NCBI RefSeq assembly: GCF_001194135.2 | Contig: NC_068987.1 | Location: 66,338,889 to 66,400,373 of the forward strand | Length of the DNA stretch: 61,485 nucleotides | Reading direction: 5' to 3' | Source of the DNA: Octopus bimaculoides | Lineage: Eukaryota | In this document: piece after piece, positions 54,160 through 61,485 of the stretch | Numbering within the stretch: position 1 is the stretch's first letter | Layout of the letters: each line of letters begins with the position of its first letter | Program-made: the position numbers and the translations under genes | The notes under the pieces: model-generated | The model's input: the letters and a program-made list of their open reading frames with translations, nothing else | Database searches by the model: none | Told to the model about the DNA's origin: nothing

Positions 54160-54755
54160 TTGTCTGTATGTTCACTTTCTATATTAAGTGCGAATAAACT
54201 TTTACCGAGAGGGTAAGATGGCTGGTGTACTGATAAAATGTGAAATAAGTAGTAATAAAGGTAAAGGAGGAAAACAAAGGATAAGAAGTGCTTAAAATGT
54301 GACAAGCGATATGGAACTAACTTACCCAACATTAATGTGGTAACCTATCCCTTATATCCAGAATCTAAAGATTATATATGTTCAAAACAATAATAAATTT
54401 GTAAACGAAAATTACAAGTCATAATCAGTGCATGATTTGGAACTCCATATGAGTTAATGATGCATAATTCTGGGTGTTAATACTACGCGCTACTAGGATG
54501 GCAGCAATGTATAAGTTACTGGTTTATTTCGAAACAAGTTATATGGAAAACTTGTCGATCCTTTAGAATACATATACATCCACTCTCCTGGAATACTGCT
54601 CCCATATATAGTCGCCATATAGCGTCAAAGTAAATGGAATTCCGAGTGTTTCAACGCTCGAAGTAGTTTTCAGTGCAACCCAGACCTAATAGGGAATTTT
54701 AACAGAGCTATGGTCCTCTTAGTGGTCTTAGAATGAATTAGCAAAATATATATAA

Positions 54756-54800
<45 letters not shown>

Positions 54801-55087
54801 NNNNNNNNNNNNNNNNNNNNNNNNNNNNNNNNNNNNNNNNNNNNNNNNNNNNNNNNNNNNNNNNNNNNNNNNNNNNNNNNNNNNNNNNNNNNNNNNNNNN
54901 NNNNNNNNNNNNNNNNNNNNNNNNNNNNNNNNNNNNNNNNNNNNNNNNNNNNNNNNNNNNNNNNNNNNNNNNNNNNNNNNNNNNNNNNNNNNNNNNNNNN
55001 NNNNNNNNNNNNNNNNNNNNNNNNNNNNNNNNNNNNNNNNNNNNNNNNNNNNNNNNNNNNNNNNNNNNNNNNNNNNNNNNNNNNNNN

Positions 55088-55137
<50 letters not shown>

Positions 55138-55279
55138 GTGAACTTTTTGCATTATTCTAAGCTACCAGAAGAATGTACATAACAACAAGAGCAGCAAACG
55201 TGCTCTAGCATCATCAACATTTCTGGTTGAAACAGTAAGGAGTTATGAGGAGAGGGGCTCTATGTCGGTTTCAACCACA

Positions 55280-55469
55280 AGACGCAGGAGTGGCTCTGTG
55301 GTAAGTAGCTTGCTTACCAATCACATGGTTCCGGGTTCAGTCCCACTGCGTGCTACCTCGGAACCGTGTCTTTTACTATAGCCTCGACCCGACCAAAGCC
55401 TTGTGAGTGGAACTGGTAGATGGAAAGTGAAAGAAGCTCGTCGTATACATGTGTGTGGGGTGTGTGTTT
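55280..55469 (+). mobile_element. SINE family A, 5' half, interrupted by a mariner
   Basis: Matches the 19842 head up to the central microsatellite, where the mariner TIR starts. Confidence 0.85.
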
Positions 55470-56742
55470 GAGGTCATTAACAAACAAATGTCCGGTTTTC
55501 TCATGCACCAAGTTTAACAGTCCTTAACTCTGACGTTTTATCCTGACAATTCTTTGTCTTACAACATTGAAGAGTTACATCATCTCTTTCCGAAATGCAG
55601 TTCATGGTGTCTGATTATATTGTCCGTTTTCTCTTGTAAATCAGTTTGTGTGAAGCCATGGATACATCAAAATTTCGAGTTATTTATGACTATGAGTTCT
55701 GTCATAGAACCAATACATCCCACACAGATCGAAACACCAATGAGGTGTGTAGTGAAGATGTGGCAAATCAGCGGACTGTACACTGAGGATTTAAAAAGTT
55801 CCGGTCGGGTGACTTTACGCTTGAAAATCAGCCCCGTGATTGACCTGAGACCAAGGTGGATAATGATGAGCTGGAAACTGTAGTGGAGGCCGATACATCT
55901 CAAATTATGCGTGATTTAACAGCAAGGTTTGATGTTTCGATTCCCACTGTATTGGACCATCTGAAACTATTTCAACTGCACAAGTGGGTAGCACACGAAC
56001 TGAACGAGCACCAAATGACATGTCCTCTTGAAACTTGGTGTTCTTTACTCTCATGGCATAAAAGCGAACCAGTTTTGCATCGTATTGTTACGTGTGATGA
56101 ACAATGGATTCTTTTCAACAATAGCAAGCGTTCTGCACGGTGATTCGATAGAAACGAAGTACCACACACAATCCAAAAAAGAATATGTAAACCAAAAAAG
56201 GTAATGGTTTCTGTTTGGTGGTCCAGAGATGGTGTCATATACTACAGCTGCATGAAACCTGCTAAGTCAATTTGAGTGGATGTATACATCAACTAATTAG
56301 ATGAAATGATGACTGAACTTGTAACCTAAACAACCGCGATTGGTTAATAGAGACAAGGCACTTCTCTTGCAAGACAATACTCGACCACACGTTGCACAAA
56401 GAACGCTATTCAAATCACAGGAACTGAATTTGGAAGTACTCTGTCATCCACCATATTCACCAGACCATACACCAACTGACTATCACGTTTTCCAGGCATT
56501 AGATAACATTTTGTAAGGAAAAAAACTTCAAATCTGAAGAAGATGCAAAACAGCTTTCGTAATTTCAGCACCTCTTGTTCTCCAAAATTCTTCGGTGCCA
56601 GCATAATTAGGCTACCGATAAAATGGAAAAATTATGCTGATAATTTAGGTGCATGCTTTGATTAACAGCAGGGCTTCTTGTTGAGCTAAAATAAAAAATA
56701 AAAAACTTTCTGTTCAAACTCGGACATTTCATTCTTAATGAC

Positions 56743-56744
<2 letters not shown>
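55470..56744 (+). mobile_element. Full-length (about 1275 bp) Hsmar1/cecropia-like mariner; transposase pseudogene 55658-56665
   Basis: Imperfect TIRs gaggtcattaacaaacaaatgtccgg and ctcggacatttcattcttaatgacctg. Motifs FKKFRSGDFTLENQPR, KWVAHEL, IVTCDEQW, LQDNTRPH and HPPYSPDHTPTD (34 residues between the 2nd and 3rd catalytic D). Multiple stops and frameshifts. Confidence 0.93.
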
Positions 56745-56784
<40 letters not shown>

Positions 56785-59567
56785 NNNNNNNNNNNNNNNN
56801 NNNNNNNNNNNNNNNNNNNNNNNNNNNNNNNNNNNNNNNNNNNNNNNNNNNNNNNNNNNNNNNNNNNNNNNNNNNNNNNNNNNNNNNNNNNNNNNNNNNN
56901 NNNNNNNNNNNNNNNNNNNNNNNNNNNNNNNNNNNNNNNNNNNNNNNNNNNNNNNNNNNNNNNNNNNNNNNNNNNNNNNNNNNNNNNNNNNNNNNNNNNN
57001 NNNNNNNNNNNNNNNNNNNNNNNNNNNNNNNNNNNNNNNNNNNNNNNNNNNNNNNNNNNNNNNNNNNNNNNNNNNNNNNNNNNNNNNNNNNNNNNNNNNN
57101 NNNNNNNNNNNNNNNNNNNNNNNNNNNNNNNNNNNNNNNNNNNNNNNNNNNNNNNNNNNNNNNNNNNNNNNNNNNNNNNNNNNNNNNNNNNNNNNNNNNN
57201 NNNNNNNNNNNNNATATATATATATATATATATATATTCTGTTGTACCGCTTATGCTGAAACGATTGAAATTCAAACTAACATACGAAACTCTGGTATGT
57301 TGAAGAGGTAAAAATTATTGGTGATTTCGCCGAAAGAAAAGACTTGAAGTGACAGAACACACTGACTTGATTTGCTTTACACAATCAGAATGAGATTAGC
57401 CCTATGTGAACGTTCAGCACTTTCTAGAATTTGTAGAGAAATATCCTTCATAAAACACACAACACCCTCCAACAAAGTACATAATGGATAATGTATTTCT
57501 AAGTACACGATTCCAGAGTAAACATGAATTCATCGTAGTTGGTATTACGTTGATTATTGATCTATTCGATCAGTTCTGAGTGGAGGCTACAAAATTACAA
57601 TATTGGGAAGTTATTCTATTCAATGAGAAATGCAGTCAGGGTCACTGCAAAACATCTAGAGTGGGGTATTCCTCTCGAATGATTTCGCATGACCATATCT
57701 CAATTTATGCTTTCATTATCTTTTCACGCAGACTTCATTAAAAATGATGATAATGTGTCCGTTGGTTGAAAACATAATATTGAATATNNNNNNNNNNNNN
57801 NNNNNNNNNNNNNNNNNNNNNNNNNNNNNNNNNNNNNNNNNNNNNNNNNNNNNNNNNNNNNNNNNNNNNNNNNNNNNNNNNNNNNNNTATATATATATAT
57901 ATATATAGTGTGTGTGTGTGTGTGTGTGTGTTTGTGTACATGCGCGTGTGTGTGTTTCTCTATGTCTGCAAATATATGCGTGTTTGTGTGAGCCAAGTGT
58001 GTGATATCCAATTGGTTTAGATATGTCTTGACAATCTGCTTTTATCACTACTCTTATGTCGTGTCGTTTTCGACTCTACTATTTGTTATATATTCATTAC
58101 AACAATAATTGCTATATTTCACCTAAACAGGTGGTCGAGTTCAGACCCACTGCTCAGAATATTCAAATCGAGCTGAACCTTGGATATTTGATCTGAAAGA
58201 TGGAGACTCAAAGGTAGTCGAGGGATAATTAATCTCAGCTTGTAATTGATCTTAATAGAGTTCGTACTCTATTAACATCAATTTCTCTTCCTATCCTTCA
58301 TTTTCTTTCGTAGATTTTACTTGTAATTTATAGATCTATTGTTCTTTACATTAAATGACGCTTTTTCGTGTTCAGGATTATCTCAAGTTTATACATATGT
58401 GAATAATGATTATAATAAAATTCGATCGAAATTCACCATTTGGTGCTTGAATTTGCATATAAAAGTTCCTATTCAAGGTAACATGCTGTCGGTTGTTTTT
58501 TTTTATAACTTGTATAGATATTTATAACTTCTATAGATATAAAAAAAGGTAGCCCATACCATTTACTTAATGGCAAATTGAAGTAGGTGGACAAGAGAGC
58601 ACTGTAACATATTCATGGCTCAAATCCTTAATACCACTAGCTGTACCACTTTACTCTCTAGTGGTATATTACAACACAGTATGTAAGGGTAGTCCTTGAA
58701 TTGATAAAAAAAAATTGCTAAATGATAGTCTTGATTTAAATTTCCATTGCAGAAAATATTTACTATTTACGTAACAGATTGAGGCATATCTTCTTTATAT
58801 TTTACACAACAGAAAATTAGTTTTCGTTTCTCTCATTCTAGTTTCCATACTGTGGTTCCAACCTTGCTTCCACGTCGTAATGAACTCCTCATTCTACGAC
58901 AAAAGTCATCTCTGGAAACCTTTTCTTGTATATGTATTTTTCTTTTCGAATTGTCATTTGTCACACATGTATAGTTAATGAAAATAGACTTAAAGTGAAT
59001 TGGTCTCACTGATCTGAGAAGATTCAACCACTGCTAGAAAAACAAATTTAAAAAGTATGCTGTAAAATGTTTTAAATCAGCTGGACATGGATGTGGTGGT
59101 GCTAAAGTTATATGATCGGGACTATATTAGAGAATTGAGGAATAGAAGTATCACGGACAAAACACAATCCAATATTATGCTTAATTCAAAACGCAATAGA
59201 TTGTAATATATAAGCAGAAGAACGAGGTGAAAAACTACAGCGCAGCAAAATGCTTAGATGTTTAGCGACAGATCAAGATGATCACTTTAGCATTTGTGCA
59301 GATCAATCTCGATATTGCGCAGATCTACCTAGCTTGCCAAATTGCGAGAGATAAAGCTGGTGCTTTCATCTGCGATAGATGAAAGTTATTATCTGAAATG
59401 TGGAAGATTAAACACTGGAACTAATTTATAGGGGAAATATTGAGTAATTATTTAATATAATATCGACATACAGCAAACATGACAGAAACATGGGAGCTAT
59501 TTCATCAAGCCCACGTGTCAAATGATATTTATATATATATATATTTTGCATACATATGCCGGCGCAT

Positions 59568-59645
<78 letters not shown>

Positions 59646-59948
59646 TAATACACACGCACACGCACATACATACGCACGCGACGTGCATACACACACAGAC
59701 ACACACACGCATACACACACTCACTTTCGCGTGAGCACGCGCACACCAACTCATTTGCTCACAATTCTTACTGACTCCATATCCAGACACTCTGTCGACA
59801 TTAATTTCCTGTCCACACACGTGGCTGTGTAACTGGTGTCGCTTACTGAGCGATACTATCAATCGAGACATCACGTCACCTTCCATGACCAATTATAGCC
59901 CATATACCGATAGTCATTTTGAACTTCCTGTACCTCTCCGGTCCATCA

Positions 59949-60013
59949 GTTTCTAACAAGCCTGAGGAGTTAAGTATAGTTAGAAGTTTCGAAACTTGAA
60001 GTAGCACAGAAAC
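59949..60013 (+). ncRNA. Candidate degenerate type I hammerhead ribozyme in a PLE-like end
   Basis: gtttct-aacaa-gc-CUGAGGA-G...C-GAAA-CUUGAAG-UA-gc-ac-agaaac: intact core, GUA triplet, short stem III and a bipartite stem I. Stem II pairs poorly. Confidence 0.35.
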
Positions 60014-60228
60014 CTAATTAAACTGTTTTGAATAAAGCATATAACTCCTAGTAAATGTGTTGCGTTTCCTTTCTATCATTTGTTTACACCTTTATGTCTG
60101 TGTGTGTGGGGGGGGGTGTATCAATAGCTAGCAATATAGATGCGTATGAAGAATATATAGGTGTTGATATAATACGTATGAATAAATATATATGAGTGTA
60201 TATACACTATATAAGCATATATACATGC

Positions 60229-60288
<60 letters not shown>
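60229..60288. repeat. (ATCT)15 microsatellite
   Basis: Direct reading. Confidence 0.95.
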
Positions 60289-61485
60289 GACGGACGTGCT
60301 GTCACATCGGCTGCAGAGGTAAACGTTTATTTGACCTTTTATTGTCCACATTTTGTTGGAATTTTTTAATAATTTTGTTGCGAAGCACCTAGGCTTGATT
60401 TCTGTGTATTTTGAAAGGCAGGAATTGGCCTCCAGGGGCAGTTTCGGCCCTAGCAAAATACAAAAATTTCATTCTCGACATTTGAAAAATGTCGAGAAAC
60501 ACTATTTTGGAACGCTTGTCTTGTTCTTTTGATGAACATTTCCCGAGGCTTCAGATGCCAGAAGAGAAAAAAGAACAGAGTAGCGCGTGCTCACACAGTG
60601 ACAGGAACGCAGTTGCTGTAAACGTCACAAAGACGGCGATTACAGCTACTAACAGCCCTATCACCACCACCACCACTACCACCACCACCACTAACAACTA
60701 CAACAACAACAGCAAGGACGCAAATTTATCGGCCGTCAGCACTAACACCATCACCTGTTCAACAAACTCTGCTGCTACTACCACCACCTTTGAACTCGGC
60801 AGTACCAACACCAACATAAACAAAAATATTCAAAAGAACATGTCCGCCAGCACAACAAAAACAAATTTCGCAGATGCAATAAAGGAAAAAAGAACAATAG
60901 TCAAATTCACACAACAACAAATTAAAGACACAAAATCCCTTCTTACGAAAGAAGGCGATGATGTTAAAATAAACATTCCAAAAAGAAATTATAGAAAAAA
61001 AAACAAAAAATGCATCATTTATAAACTGGTAAACGCAAAAACCAGACGTGTGGAAAATTTTAGCACAGATAAGATCGAGATGTGTCTTAAACCTGTATGG
61101 GCTCATCAAGAGCATGTCACATGGGGACGAAAATTTGGAACGGTACAGGTGAGATTCTTAAATGAAAATTTAGCGTTGCAATTTTCGACACAGATAACTT
61201 GGTGATGATACCGAGTTATCTTGGACAGAGAGTGACCAAAGGTTTTATAAAAAATGTGCCATCAGAAGTGGACACCCAATGGCTAATATCGGCCGTATGC
61301 CTCGAAATGGAGGAGGCAAATATTTTGGAGATTACGGTCGTAGAGGAAAAGAACTGGGGAGGGAAAAATCTGGAAATCCTTCTCCACATCACGGAGGAGG
61401 CTTCACAGAAAATTCCTCCAAACATTAGACAGGCAGAAGACCACAAGCTGTATGTGGTGGTAGAGGGCAGGCGACCTCGCTGTTA
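60289..61485 (+). mobile_element. 5' end of a non-LTR retrotransposon (L1/Tx1-like), running off the window
   Basis: Abrupt change from (ATCT)n to unique sequence, a putative UTR of about 200 bp, then a gag-like ORF1. The clade assignment is inference. Confidence 0.65.
60489..61485 (+). pseudogene. LINE ORF1 (Thr/Asn-rich N-terminus, RRM-like region, start of a probable CCHC knuckle) with one frameshift near 61166-61202
   Basis: The 238-aa ORF stops at 61205. The -1 frame is open from 61166 to the window end: DNLVMIPSYLGQRVTKGFIKNVPSEVDTQWL...KLYVVVEGRRPRC. VVVEGR.P.C typically precedes CX2CX4HX4C in LINE ORF1s. Confidence 0.75.

Noticed and set aside
55658-56665. Domesticated SETMAR-like gene
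   Set aside because: TIRs are present, the ORF has many stops and frameshifts, and there is no SET domain.

Overview
AT-rich, microsatellite-dense eukaryotic DNA with 14 N-gaps, most bounded by (TA)n. The tRNA-derived SINE families and repeat landscape point to an octopod cephalopod short-read assembly (inference; no database search was run). I find no intact host protein gene, rRNA, tRNA or CRISPR array. Nearly all tracked ORFs are microsatellite or N-run artefacts, or decayed transposon fragments. The window is a mobile-element graveyard: four Tc1/mariner relics, one complete non-autonomous Helitron, several Penelope-like (PLE) relics, CR1/L2-like, RTE-like and R4/Dong-like LINE fragments, three SINE families (one in a six-unit tandem array), and the 5' end of a comparatively well-preserved LINE ORF1 at the right edge. 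The best leads are RNA or structural. (1) A near-intact minimal type I hammerhead ribozyme at 16340-16384 (-), plus several decayed ones. (2) Fold-back palindromes set in (TA)n. (3) A 3' tail shared by a SINE family and a CR1/L2-like LINE. (4) A LINE 5' end abutting an (ATCT)15 array. An Illumina adapter remnant lies at a contig edge. Nothing here demonstrates a wholly new system; the leads are variants of known mobile-element biology and need testing.
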